DNA of 36,852 nt, taken from Chloroflexaceae bacterium. Lineage in GTDB: Bacteria; Cyanobacteriota; Cyanobacteriia; Cyanobacteriales; JAAUTE01. Where the stretch lies: positions 1 through 36,852 of the forward strand of contig JAAUTE010000003.1 of assembly GCA_012031815.1 (NCBI GenBank), given 5' to 3'. This document shows positions 18,931 to 31,914 of the stretch, in pieces. The notes beneath the pieces were generated by a model. That model made no database searches. It was not told the origin of the DNA and saw only the letters and a list, made by a program, of their open reading frames with translations. Numbering within the stretch: the first letter of the stretch is position 1; every line of letters starts with the position of its first letter. The translations under genes were made by a program, and so were the position numbers.

Positions 18931-20106
18931 TTGCCGTTATCGTGGCTAATTTTCGGAATTAGCGGACTATTTTCCCTGCTGAGTCTGTGGATCGTGGTTT
19001 CTGCCCCGACATTCTTTCTGTTACCCCTAGGAATTGCTGCGCCAGAGCTAAGTCCCTGGTTGCTAGTCGCCAATGCGATCGCCCTTGGGGTCAATCTTGT
19101 CTATGGGAAAAACCTTAATTTTGCCCTTTTATGTAGTTTATTGAGCTTGGGATTAAGCTTGCTGCCCTTGGTGCAGTTTCCTAGTGCCAATCAACGGATG
19201 GCTGCGGAAATGGAAGCCCGTTTAGGCAAGGATTATTTAAACCCGGTTTCTCAATCACTACAGACCCAACTGCGTCCTCGTCCGCTGGTTCTGTCCGAGG
19301 TGTTTTCGGGCATTCCCCTGGGGGCGGTGCGCTGCCAGCGAGGCATCGTCTTTGCCAATCCCGATGGCGTTAACTTAACGCTTAACAGCTATCTTCCCCC
19401 ACTTCCCGGTAAATATCCCGGTATTGTCATCATTTATGGCGGCGCTTGGCAAACTGGCTCACCAGAGCGGGGAGAATCTATGAGTCGCTACCTGGCCGCT
19501 CAGGGTTACGCCGCGATCGCCATTTCCTATCGCCATGCCCCTCAATACCAATTTCCGGCGCAACTGGAAGACGTGCAGGCAGCATTGAGCTATATCCAAG
19601 ACCATGCCGACGAACTAGAAGTCAATCTCCAGCGAATGGCGGTGTTGGGGCGATCTGCGGGGGCACAATTGGCGATGCTAGCGGCCTATCAAGGGAATCT
19701 AATGCCTTTGCGGGCAGTTGTGAATTATTACGGGCCGGCAGACTTGCAGAGAGGCTACAACGAGTTACCCTTCCCCGATCCCATTAATGTCCGAGGGGTT
19801 TTAAAGGCATTTTTAGGCGGTTCTCCAGAAGAACGACCCGAACTTTACCGAAAAGCCTCTCCCATTCACGCGCTTCGCCCCGGACTGCCGCCGACTCTGC
19901 TAGTTTATGCCCGACGCGATCGCCTAGTGAAAGTGGAGTTTGGCCGGGGTTTATACGAGGCATTGCGCGATAGCCAAAATGTTGCGGTTTGGCTAGAAAT
20001 TCCCTGGGCCGAACATGCCTTCGACGCGGTTTTTTCAGGAATCGGCAATCAGTTGTCTTTGTATTATGTGGAGCGTTTTTTAGCTTGGGCTTTAGCCGAG
20101 GGGTGA
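18931..20106 (+). CDS. Membrane-anchored alpha/beta hydrolase (HSL-like esterase/lipase)
   Basis: Three N-terminal hydrophobic segments; YGGAW oxyanion motif, GRSAG nucleophile, D in RRDRLV, H in AEHAFD. Confidence 0.88.
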   Translation: MPLSWLIFGISGLFSLLSLWIVVSAPTFFLLPLGIAAPELSPWLLVANAIALGVNLVYGKNLNFALLCSLLSLGLSLLPLVQFPSANQRMAAEMEARLGKDYLNPVSQSLQTQLRPRPLVLSEVFSGIPLGAVRCQRGIVFANPDGVNLTLNSYLPPLPGKYPGIVIIYGGAWQTGSPERGESMSRYLAAQGYAAIAISYRHAPQYQFPAQLEDVQAALSYIQDHADELEVNLQRMAVLGRSAGAQLAMLAAYQGNLMPLRAVVNYYGPADLQRGYNELPFPDPINVRGVLKAFLGGSPEERPELYRKASPIHALRPGLPPTLLVYARRDRLVKVEFGRGLYEALRDSQNVAVWLEIPWAEHAFDAVFSGIGNQLSLYYVERFLAWALAEG

Positions 20107-20194
20107 GAGGATTAAATCCTGTGAGAATGGGCACTTTAAGCGGATACAACTATAAATCTGCAACTTGCCAGCAAATCCGGGCATTGACCTGAGC

Positions 20195-20321
20195 AAAAAA
20201 AAGGGCCCGCATGATTCACCGAAATTTGCATTGACAGCTCGCCTTTCTGTCTTTGCTTTCGTTACTCTGCGGGCACACCAACCTAAACCAATCCTTGGTT
20301 GCTTTTCTCTTTCCTGTCTTG
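20195..20321 (-). ncRNA. Candidate small RNA (long hairpin followed by U8)
   Basis: Nested stems across 20205-20274 followed on the minus strand by T8; promoter-like TTGTTT-N17-GATATT upstream. Family not recognised. Confidence 0.4.
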
Positions 20322-20549
20322 ACTTTGAATATCCCGCGAATCCCCAGAACAAACAACCTAAGTATCCCAAGTTAACCTGGGAACTTAAGGGCTTAACTTC
20401 TCATACTCCCTAATACCCCGTTTTGCTTCTCAATATACTCCGAGGGGCGATCGCGCTACCTGAAGCGGGTTTGTCCCTTGCTCCCAGACCCCTTGCGTGA
20501 GTGTAACCCCGCTCATTGCAGTCGATTATTTCTTAGCAACATCGGTTGT

Positions 20550-20571
20550 TCGACCCATTCCTGAATGGGTC
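20550..20571. terminator. Strong hairpin downstream of the response regulator
   Basis: CGACCCATTC-CT-GAATGGGTCG perfect inverted repeat about 40 nt after the stop; no U-tail. Confidence 0.45.
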
Positions 20572-20613
20572 GGTAATTCCTTGAAATAGGGATTATTATC
20601 TGGTTTTTTATGG

Positions 20614-21294
20614 CTATTCTCGCAAAACATAGCCAACGCCTCGCACGGTTTGAATGAGGCGCTTTTCCTGATTGGCTTCTAACTTAAGGCGCAGATAGCG
20701 AATGTAAACTTCGATAATATTAGAATCTCCCATGAAGTCGTAGCCCCAAACCGTCTCCAGGATTTGGTCGCGGGTGAGTACCTGCCGGGGATGGGCAAGC
20801 AAATAGTCTAATAAATCGAATTCTTTGGCAGTTAGCTCAATGAGGCGATCGCCCCGGTGGACTTCACGGGTGCTGCGGTTGAGGCGCAGGTCAGCAAACT
20901 GCAAAACATGGGCATCGCGGTCTTGGTTGCGGCGCAGGTGGGCGCGGAGTCGGGCTAGCAGTTCTTCAATACTGAAAGGTTTCACGATGTAATCGTCTGC
21001 CCCCGCATCTAACCCGGCCACGCGATCGCTAATCTCGTCCTTGGCGGTCAGGAGAATAATGGGGATGCGACTGCCCGTTTCCCGCAGGCGACGACAAATT
21101 TCCTGGCCCGAAATCCCTGGCAGCATCCAATCCAGCAAAATTAAATCCGGTTCGATTTCCCGGGCAGCGGTCAATCCTTCTAGACCGTCGTTGGCGATCG
21201 TCACCTGATAGCCCTCATATTTCAGCTCTAAATCGATAAATTGAGCTAATTTGCTCTCATCTTCCACTAGAAGAATATGCGCCGCCGAGGTCAT
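20614..21294 (-). CDS. Orphan OmpR-family response regulator (NblR/Rre28-like group)
   Basis: ILLVEDE, LDWMLP, LTAKD, KPF, VWGYDFMGDSNIIEVYIRYLR, IQTVRGVGY; no adjacent kinase. Confidence 0.9.
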   Translation of the reverse strand: MTSAAHILLVEDESKLAQFIDLELKYEGYQVTIANDGLEGLTAAREIEPDLILLDWMLPGISGQEICRRLRETGSRIPIILLTAKDEISDRVAGLDAGADDYIVKPFSIEELLARLRAHLRRNQDRDAHVLQFADLRLNRSTREVHRGDRLIELTAKEFDLLDYLLAHPRQVLTRDQILETVWGYDFMGDSNIIEVYIRYLRLKLEANQEKRLIQTVRGVGYVLRE

Positions 21295-21663
21295 GGTATT
21301 AATGCTTGGTAGAGGGAAAACAGACCGCACTCTGGGGTATTACCTAAGCAGCCAGCGTCAGGGGCTACTCACGAGGCGGATTTTCCTAATGATACTGTAA
21401 CCCCGCTCCCCTGCGGATTCCCTCCTCTCTCACCCTAGACTGGGTCGCGGCGATCGCCCCCCATCAGGAAAAATAAGACCCCAAAAAGTAGGTTAGATTG
21501 TATTTCGGGGATGAAATAGTTTTTTAAAGCTGGCTGCGATAGAGCGCTTCGGGGAGAATCAGCTCTCAAGTTTTAAGTTTCGGGCGGAAACCCTGGGTTC
21601 AAACCTATTGAAGCAGCATTTTTCAGGAATTATACCCCAGCAAAATTAGCGGTTGTTTTCACG

Positions 21664-22716
21664 ATGGTGAATTTTCTCTCTGACTCAACCACGGACATCG
21701 AAAACCGTAAAGCCGAGCATCTACGGGTTTGTTTGGAAGAATCCGTTAACTTTCCCCAAACAACCACCGGACTGGAGCGCTATCGCTTTAGCCACTGCTG
21801 CCTCCCGGAGTTGGAGCGCTCCCAAATCTCGCTGCAAACCTCTTTTTTGGGCAGGGTTCTGCGATCGCCGCTGTTGATTTCTTCCATGACGGGCGGGACG
21901 GAATTTGCCAAAACCATTAACCAACGCTTGGCCAGAGCTGCCCAGCAGTATGGTTTGGCCATGGGCGTTGGCTCCCAGCGCATCGGCCTGGAAAATTGGG
22001 CGTTGATGTCCACCTTTGCGGTGCGCTCCCAGGCTCCCGATATTTTACTCCTGGCCAATTTGGGGGCTGTACAGCTCAACTACGGTTATGCGGTGGACGA
22101 GTGCCGTCGTGCTGTTGAGAGCCTGGAGGCGGACGGTTTAATTCTCCACCTCAATCCCCTGCAAGAATCTGTCCAATCCGAAGGGGATACAAATTTTCGA
22201 GGAATTCTTGCTAAAATTGCCCTTCTCTGCCAGCAACTTCCCGTGCCCGTGGTGGTTAAGGAAGTGGGCAACGGCATTTCTGCGGCGATCGCCGAGAAGT
22301 TGTTAGCAGTGGGGGTCAGCGCCATTGATGTGGCCGGAGCGGGGGGAACTTCTTGGGCCCGGGTGGAAAGTCAGCGGGCGAAGGATCGCCGTCAACAACA
22401 CCTGGGTCAGACCTTTGCCGATTGGGGATTGCCCACCGCCGATTGTGTGGTTCAAATCCGCGATCGCTTTCCTGAGGTTCCCCTGATTGCCTCTGGTGGC
22501 ATTGCCAACGGTCTCGATGCTGCCAAAGCCATTGCCCTCGGTGCCAATGTGGTCGGCATGGCCCGTCCCTTCCTCCAAGCCGCCGCCGAGTCGGAAACGG
22601 AATTGGCCGAGTTTGTCCAATTGGCGATCGCCGAACTGGAGACGGTTTTATTCTGTACTGGCAGCGCCAGTCTGGCGGAATTGCAGCGATCGGGAGTTCT
22701 ATTGAAGATTAACTAG
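21664..22716 (+). CDS. fni: Type 2 isopentenyl-diphosphate delta-isomerase (FMN-dependent)
   Basis: RKAEHL, SSMTGG, MGVGSQR, HLNPLQE, VKEVGNG, GAGGTSW, WGLPT. Confidence 0.96.
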   Translation: MVNFLSDSTTDIENRKAEHLRVCLEESVNFPQTTTGLERYRFSHCCLPELERSQISLQTSFLGRVLRSPLLISSMTGGTEFAKTINQRLARAAQQYGLAMGVGSQRIGLENWALMSTFAVRSQAPDILLLANLGAVQLNYGYAVDECRRAVESLEADGLILHLNPLQESVQSEGDTNFRGILAKIALLCQQLPVPVVVKEVGNGISAAIAEKLLAVGVSAIDVAGAGGTSWARVESQRAKDRRQQHLGQTFADWGLPTADCVVQIRDRFPEVPLIASGGIANGLDAAKAIALGANVVGMARPFLQAAAESETELAEFVQLAIAELETVLFCTGSASLAELQRSGVLLKIN

Positions 22717-22782
22717 AATAGCCAACCGGGTTTTTGCCCAATCAGCCCTGAAAACCCCAAAACCACCCTGATGACAGCACAA

Positions 22783-22807
22783 TGGCCGCCCCAATAAAGA
22801 GCGGCCA
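22783..22807 (-). terminator. Hairpin downstream of groEL
   Basis: TGGCCGC...GCGGCCA stem in the fni/groEL convergent gap. Confidence 0.5.
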
Positions 22808-22853
22808 CCGATAAATTCACCAGAGAGACAAGGCCTGTCTGGAACTTTAGAGA

Positions 22854-24498
<1,645 letters not shown>

Positions 24499-24535
24499 CT
24501 AAAAAATAGGTCAAAAGTGGTTTGAGACGCTGGAA

Positions 24536-24847
24536 TTAGGAAACTACAGCCAGAATATCTTTCTCGGACAGCAGCACGTAGTCGTCGCCGCCAAATTTAA
24601 CATCGGTGCCAGCGTACTTGGAGTAGAGGACTTTGTCGCCTACTTTTACTTCCATCGGCTGGTAGCTGCCATCGTCGTTGCGCTTGCCGGGGCCAACTTG
24701 GACGATTTCACCGATTTGGGGCTTTTCTTTAGCGGTGTCCGGCAAAAAAATACCGCCTTGGGTCTTTTCTTCGCTAGGGCTGACCTTGACAAAGACGCGC
24801 TCGCCCAGGGGCTTAACGGTGGAAACAGATAGGGAAATAGCTGCCAT
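24536..24847 (-). CDS. groES: Co-chaperonin GroES
   Basis: [20 protein letters not shown]...[14 protein letters not shown]...YSKYAGT; RBS GGAGG. Confidence 0.98.
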   Translation of the reverse strand: MAAISLSVSTVKPLGERVFVKVSPSEEKTQGGIFLPDTAKEKPQIGEIVQVGPGKRNDDGSYQPMEVKVGDKVLYSKYAGTDVKFGGDDYVLLSEKDILAVVS

Positions 24848-24908
24848 GATTCCTCCAAAATGCGGTTGTGGCAGTGCCAAAAACGTGCGTTTGCTGCAAA
24901 GACTGAAT

Positions 24909-24935
24909 TTAGCACTCTCACCTTACGAGTGCTAA
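24909..24935. promoter_or_regulatory. CIRCE element (HrcA operator)
   Basis: TTAGCACTC-TCACCTTAC-GAGTGCTAA is an exact consensus match. Confidence 0.97.
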
Positions 24936-24963
24936 TGTAGCGAAAGACCCCAGCGGAATGCAA
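24934..24963 (-). promoter_or_regulatory. groESL promoter
   Basis: Minus strand TTGCAT-N18-TACATT; the -10 box overlaps CIRCE. Confidence 0.7.
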
Positions 24964-24974
24964 CTCTAGGGCCA

Positions 24975-24990
24975 GTACGGTTTCCCGAAC
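24975..24990 (-). promoter_or_regulatory. K-box (cyanobacterial groESL1/dnaK2 positive element)
   Basis: Minus strand GTTCGG-GAAA-CCGTAC fits GTTCGG-NNAN-CCNNAC just upstream of the -35 box. Confidence 0.85.
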
Positions 24991-25024
24991 TCTTGTCTGA
25001 TGAGGTTTTCAGCCACCAAGTATC

Positions 25025-25800
25025 CTAGGGGTGAAGCAATCGCTCAATTTGGGCAGAGTTGAGCTGCTCAACGTTGGCTAGCACTAGGGCTGCCCCGGCG
25101 GTTTGCAGTTGCTCGGCGTAAGTCTGCTGTCGCCGTTCGTCCGGTTTGGACGTGGGGGGCAAAATCCCAACGGCAATCCATTGCCGCTCCGGCTGTAATT
25201 CCCTAGCCTTGAGGATGGTACGCATGTCCGCAACCGTATCTCCAACATAGAAAACGGGACAAGGCAGGGGCGATCGCTCCAGGCGTTGAACCGCGGTAAA
25301 CAGTCCGGTCGGATTGGGCTTGCCAGGGGCATCTTCCATCGCCACCAGCACGGGTGGCTCTAGTCCCAAGCGCTTACAGAGGACATATTCTGCCGAGCCT
25401 CTGGTCGCACCGCTAAAAAAGCCCAGTCAATGCCAGCAGCGCTTAAGGTTGCTAAATAGCTAGCCCCCAGCAATAGCGGCTCGTTGGCAATGTAACCATT
25501 CCACTGCACCGGGTCGCTCCCCCGATAGCGTTCCTGGAAATAAGCCACAATTCCAGCAAACTCCAGGGGAATAGCGGTTCTCGTCCCGTCCTTTTTGGCA
25601 AAATACCGATAAATCAATTCCTGAGAGGCTTCCCAATCATTATTCCAAATCCCCTCGCCCTTAAGCTGGTCAATGTCCTCTAGGCGGGGCCGGCAACCAC
25701 CCTCGGTAAAATACTCGACCGTATCGGCGATCGCGCGGCGATAGGACTGGCTCACATCGCGCACCACGCCATCAATATCGAAAACAACAATACAGCTCAT
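25025..25800 (-). CDS. HAD-superfamily hydrolase (TIGR01548-like), frameshift at ~25420
   Basis: FDIDGVVRDVSQSY, WNNDW, shifted frame FFSGATRGSA, GKPNP, YVGDTVADM. Confidence 0.85.
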
Positions 25801-25926
25801 GGCCTTACCTCTCACTTTCCCCCTGGACTGCCTGGCTCTCTCTCGTCAGTCGGGAGCGACCTAGGCTAGAATGAAGCTTGTCCATTCCCGCCCGTTGGGG
25901 GTTGTCTTAGATTCTTGGAGGTCTCT

Positions 25927-26235
25927 TTGTCGAGATTTATTTTAAAGGTTCTTTGGTTAAATAAAGATGTGGCGATCGCAGTCGATCATGTAGTGGGTAA
26001 CGGTACGAGTCCTTTGACTGCCTACTTTTTCTGGCCCCGTAATGATGCTTGGCAGCAGCTTAAAGACGAGTTAGATGGCAAGACCTGGATTTCAGAACCA
26101 GAGCGCATTGAAATCCTCAACCAAGCCACTGAAGTCATCAACTATTGGCAGGATTTGCGCAATCAAGGCAAGCACATCAAAATGCAAGAAGCCCAAGGAC
26201 GGTTTCCTGAAGTCATTTTTACCGGCAGCAATTAA
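25927..26235 (+). CDS. ycf65: 30S ribosomal protein PSRP-3 / Ycf65
   Basis: RFILKVLWL...[21 protein letters not shown]...[11 protein letters not shown]; GGAGG RBS before TTG 25927. Confidence 0.92.
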   Translation: MSRFILKVLWLNKDVAIAVDHVVGNGTSPLTAYFFWPRNDAWQQLKDELDGKTWISEPERIEILNQATEVINYWQDLRNQGKHIKMQEAQGRFPEVIFTGSN

Positions 26236-26262
26236 CGAGCGCTGGCTTATAAACCAGGGATT

Positions 26263-26287
26263 AGGGCAGGGGAAACTGCCCTTTTTT
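26263..26287 (+). terminator. Rho-independent terminator
   Basis: AGGGCAG-GGGAAA-CTGCCCT followed by a T-run. Confidence 0.8.
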
Positions 26288-26313
26288 GTTCGGCCGATTC
26301 TGAGCTGTTTAAA

Positions 26314-26723
26314 TTACAGGACGCCGCCAGCAGCTTGAAAACGGGCCCGGCTGCGTTTGAGGGCGCGGGTTGCCTGAATTTGTTTTGGCGATCGCTGCCT
26401 TTTTGGGCCTCGTTGTAGCGTTGCTGCGCCGTATCAAATTCACCGCGAGCCGCATCCTTGTCGATATCGCTGCCGAGTTGCGCGCTATTGACTAGAACTT
26501 TGACTTCGTTACTTTCAACTTCGGCAAACCCGCCCAGCACGGCGATGGTCAGCCAGTCTTTTCCGGAGCGCACTCGCATGACACCGATATCTAAGGCCGT
26601 CAGCAGGGGAGCGTGGCCGGGCAGAACCCCCAGTTGTCCCGTCGTACTGGGGAGAATGATTTCTTCAACCGGGTTATCCCAAACAATTTTGTCCGGGGTG
26701 ATTACGCGCACAGTTAATGCCAT
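26314..26723 (-). CDS. atpC: ATP synthase F1 epsilon subunit, 1-bp deletion at ~26385
   Basis: [12 protein letters not shown]...[21 protein letters not shown]...GGFAEV; corrected C-terminus [22 protein letters not shown]. Confidence 0.96.
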
Positions 26724-26805
26724 GATTGCGTCACAGGTAATGATTGGGGAATTCACAAGGGAGCACGGCGGCGGATCGCCGCCATGCCCCGCTGGCAATG
26801 CAAGT

Positions 26806-28329
<1,524 letters not shown>

Positions 28330-28722
28330 TTACCATCCTCTGGTTCCTCGCTAGCGTGAGCGCAACGGGGAAAGCGCTAATTCCCCAACCGAGCGTGCCG
28401 CTGGGGCAACAGGTGTTTCCAGGGATTGACCATTTAAGCTCGATCGGCTGTCTTTGTGAGTCTGATGAAGCCGTAACGCCAAGCTAGTGTGGGGGCGATC
28501 GCAGGCATCATACCATTTTTACTAAAAATAATCCCTCGCGAGTACAAGGGTAGGGTGAATATTCGGGATAGCTACTTAACGATTTAGCTTTGGGTGCTGC
28601 CTCTTACATTCGACAGGAGGGTAGGCGCGTTTAGCTCAACTGCCGCAGGAAAATTGATTTTATTAATAATGGGAATGTCGGTTATTTATGATGTTCAGCC
28701 AGCTCGACACCCTATAGAAATT

Positions 28723-29907
28723 TCAGGAAATTGGCGAAGAGGGTTGACTGAAAGTTCCTCCGTATAGATCGACAAAACGATTGTACAAACGCATTGTTTC
28801 ATGGCTAGAAATACGCCTGGAGGTAAGTAAGCGGGAGAGATTTCGCTGAGTAAGTCGTTGAAGATAGGGCAGATCTTCGTATAAAGTCAAGCAGGAAGCA
28901 CAATGGAAAAGCAACTGCAATAAAGGCCGCGGCCAGTCCAAATCGCTGTAGATATCCACCAGAAACTTGTGTTTGTCTTCACCTAAAGGAAAAACGTTAA
29001 ACATGACAATAACTTTTTTGCCGCCATAAACAGGAACTCTTAGCTCAACGGTGTGGGAGGAGTGCAGCGTTAATTCGACTTCTACTGCTTCTTGCCGCCA
29101 AATTCTCAAGGCATTAACGGGTGAATCAAGTTGGGTTTGAAAGGTTAATTTACCACCAATCCCAGTCGCCTGAAAGTAGCTGACGCCTACTACCTTGAGG
29201 TTATTGAGGCTAAAGCTATGCACGTTCTCCAAATGCTTGAGGTTGAGCAGGTGATAGATTTGGCAAAGATAGGGGAAAGGCAGGGTGTATTCTTGGGAAA
29301 TAATATGGTAATCTCCTAGGTCTAACAGTTGGGCTTGCAGCGATCGCCAAGTTGCTTCCTGGGGGCAGGAATAGCCAGCATCGGGAGCGTCAGGGGAGGG
29401 GACAGGGCCTTCGGGTTTGAGGTAGAGCCAGAAAATAAATAGCAGCGAGGCAACAAAAACTTGGGAAATTTCCGGGGCGGATAAGCTCCCGTCTCCCAGG
29501 GCAGCCAGGCCGCGATCGCCAATGGCAAAAAGCCAAGAAGGAATGCCCAACCCCCACAGTCCCGTTTTAAACAGGCTGATATAGTCGGTATTTAGGGGTA
29601 AATAAGGTTGAATCTGGCTATTTTTGGGAAGCGCTTGCTTGACCATAAGGGTGAGAAATCCGAGAACGGTAGCGATAATATTCCAAGCTGTTGCAGGGGG
29701 ATTCCTATCAGAAATAGTGGCCTCCCTAGCCTGCTTGTTAGAAAAGTTAACACTGTTTGGAAGAAGCTCCCCTCTGTCCCAGGTGTAGCTCTTTAGTGCT
29801 TCAAGAAAAGCCCAATCCTGAGGGCGATTGCGCTCCGCGCACTGGCAAAGCCAATCGCGGGTTGGGCTGGAAGGGAGGGAAGTTAAAGGCGGTAAGCGTT
29901 CTGTCAA
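28723..29907 (-). CDS. Hypothetical membrane protein with a C-terminal domain resembling a Rieske-oxygenase catalytic domain
   Basis: 394-codon ORF with an uncertain start; 2-3 hydrophobic segments, then YHLLNLKHLENVHSFS ... LYEDLPYL. Confidence 0.6.
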   Translation of the reverse strand: MTERLPPLTSLPSSPTRDWLCQCAERNRPQDWAFLEALKSYTWDRGELLPNSVNFSNKQAREATISDRNPPATAWNIIATVLGFLTLMVKQALPKNSQIQPYLPLNTDYISLFKTGLWGLGIPSWLFAIGDRGLAALGDGSLSAPEISQVFVASLLFIFWLYLKPEGPVPSPDAPDAGYSCPQEATWRSLQAQLLDLGDYHIISQEYTLPFPYLCQIYHLLNLKHLENVHSFSLNNLKVVGVSYFQATGIGGKLTFQTQLDSPVNALRIWRQEAVEVELTLHSSHTVELRVPVYGGKKVIVMFNVFPLGEDKHKFLVDIYSDLDWPRPLLQLLFHCASCLTLYEDLPYLQRLTQRNLSRLLTSRRISSHETMRLYNRFVDLYGGTFSQPSSPIS

Positions 29908-29995
29908 GGTATGGAGGCAGTCTTAACCTGGAGCGCTTACACTGAATCTACAAAAGCCCCTAGGGGCTGCCATTTAGAAAAACGAGGCAACAGCG

Positions 29996-30895
29996 ATGAT
30001 TGAACCCCCTGGAATCCAGCAAGGCTCTCTTGTGACCTCCCTGGGCAGAATGGTATATTACACAAACAGTGGTGAGCTTTGGCAACTGACCGACGAGCTG
30101 GAGTCAGAGCGACCTAAATTGGTATTTTTGCACGGATTTGGCGGTGGTTCTTCGGCCTACGAATGGTCAAAGGTTTATCCTGCTTTTGCCAGCGACTATC
30201 AAATACTGGCTCCCGATTTAATTGGCTGGGGACGCTCCGAACACCCAGAACGGAATTATCGTCCCGAAGATTATGTTGCTATTATTATTGAATTCCTGGA
30301 AAAAATTTGCGGCGAACCGACCCCGGTGATTGCTTCGTCCCTGACAGCAGCCTTTACGATTCGGGCTGCTATTGAACGTCCTGATCTGTTCAAGCTGTTA
30401 ATTTTAACAACACCGGCAGGCTTATCGGATTTCGGCGAGAATTACACCCAGAGCTTTTTTGCCCAACTGATCGCCACACCCATCCTCGATCGCCTACTGT
30501 ACAGTGTTGGGGTAGCAACGGCCGGAGGCATTCAAAACTTTCTCGAAAACCGCCAATTTGCGAATTCAAGCCTGGTTTACCCGGAAATTGTGCAAGCTTA
30601 TTTAAAATCTGCCCAACAACCCAGGGGCGATTATGCCGCGCTAGCCTTTGTCCGGGGGGATTTGTGCTTTGATTTGGCGAATTACGTGCCGCAGTTAGCA
30701 ACACCCACAGCGATTCTCTGGGGCAGAAAGTCTCAATTCACCGGGCCAGAAATTGGCCAGCGCTTAGCCGATTTAAATCCAGGGGCAATTAAGGTGTTTC
30801 AGGTTCTCGAAGATGTTGGCTTAACGCCGCAGCTCGAACTTCCCGCGGTCACCATCGGCTTAATTCGCAAGTATCTCAAGCTGCTATCGGCTTAG
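29996..30895 (+). CDS. Alpha/beta hydrolase fold protein with degenerate catalytic motifs
   Basis: VFLHGFGGG, APDLIGWGRS, IASSLT, ILWG, VGLTPQLELP. Confidence 0.88.
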   Translation: MIEPPGIQQGSLVTSLGRMVYYTNSGELWQLTDELESERPKLVFLHGFGGGSSAYEWSKVYPAFASDYQILAPDLIGWGRSEHPERNYRPEDYVAIIIEFLEKICGEPTPVIASSLTAAFTIRAAIERPDLFKLLILTTPAGLSDFGENYTQSFFAQLIATPILDRLLYSVGVATAGGIQNFLENRQFANSSLVYPEIVQAYLKSAQQPRGDYAALAFVRGDLCFDLANYVPQLATPTAILWGRKSQFTGPEIGQRLADLNPGAIKVFQVLEDVGLTPQLELPAVTIGLIRKYLKLLSA

Positions 30896-31730
30896 TCTGT
30901 CCTGAATCCGCTTGACAAAATCGGTGCTGGTAGAGGCGATCGCCGCGATCTCTTCCGCTGACATGCCCCGTTGTAGAAGATTGCCTACGATCTGGGCTAA
31001 TTGTTGCTGCGCTTCTTCGGCTCGTTGAAATTCCTGTTCAGCTCGCTGGTGTTCCTGCTCGGCTCGTTGAAATTCTTGCTCGGCTCGTTGGCGTTCAGCG
31101 GCAGTAATTTCAGCCTCAGTTGGCAAAAGTGTTCCGTCTGCTCCCACCCACCGCAGCCAAGTCGCCTGGACGCCCTTATACGCACCGAGCCATCGGGTTA
31201 AGCCCAAGCCCAGTACCCGACTTTTGAGATAACCTTGCTCATTGGGGGATTGGGGGATGTAACAACCTCCCTCAAGGCGAAATCCGGCCCAATCTTCTGG
31301 ATTAAAAGGATCAAACCAAAAATACTCCGAAACGTGCATTTTTTGCTCATATATTTGCTTTTTTGCGCCTTTGTCGTATTTAGCTGTACTGTGGGAGAGC
31401 AACTCGATAATCACGTCAGGGGTCTTGTTTTCTTGCCAACAGACCCAGCTTTTGCGCTCGCCCTTGGGAACTCCGACAGCTGCAAAAAAAATCCGGCCCT
31501 CGAAAATCCTGGTTGCGGACTTGCTCCAAGCTGAAATAGACAAACATGTTGCCCCCGGCATAGCCGTCTTCCCGCTCATCCAGCCAGGGCTGTAAGGCAT
31601 CCAGCAAAATATCCATTTGGCACTTGTGACGCTGGCTTTCCATGGGGACTCCATCGGTATGCGGTAGTTCGTCCTGGGTCGGTGGCAGGGAATAAATGCC
31701 AGCATCAAGGAGTTCAGGGGTAATTGTCAT
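30884..31730 (-). CDS. Uma2/DUF820 family PD-(D/E)xK endonuclease-like protein, frameshift at ~31487
   Basis: LPPTQDELPHTDGVPMESQRH, FRGPDFF|AAV, PDVIIELLSHST, YDKGAKK, EYFWFDP, WLRW, coiled-coil tail. Confidence 0.9.
31018..31096 (-). repeat. About 4 imperfect 21-bp tandem repeats encoding (E-x-QRAEQ)n
   Basis: AERQRAEQEFQRAEQEHQRAEQEFQRAEE; GCTCGTTG/GCTCGCTG recurs with a 21-nt period. Confidence 0.85.
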
Positions 31731-31914
31731 TTTCTCTCCCGCAGGCTCTCTTTCTGACCGGATTAAAGCCTGCTTCTCCTAGAATAGCAGTTGCGATCTG
31801 CGATCGCCGACATAGCAAAGAACGCTGTGAATAAGGCTCCCAATTTTTCAATCAATTGTAATTTAGGGACGGACGGATCGACTCAGCCCAGAAAGTCTGC
31901 CACAATGGGAAAGT

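Noticed and set aside
20092-20413. 92-aa and 82-aa ORFs in the esterase-regulator gap
   Set aside because: Non-ATG starts and no protein-like features; RNA structure explains the region better.
31018-31096. 21-bp repeats as a CRISPR array
   Set aside because: In-frame coiled-coil repeats with no spacers and no cas genes; common in Uma2 proteins.
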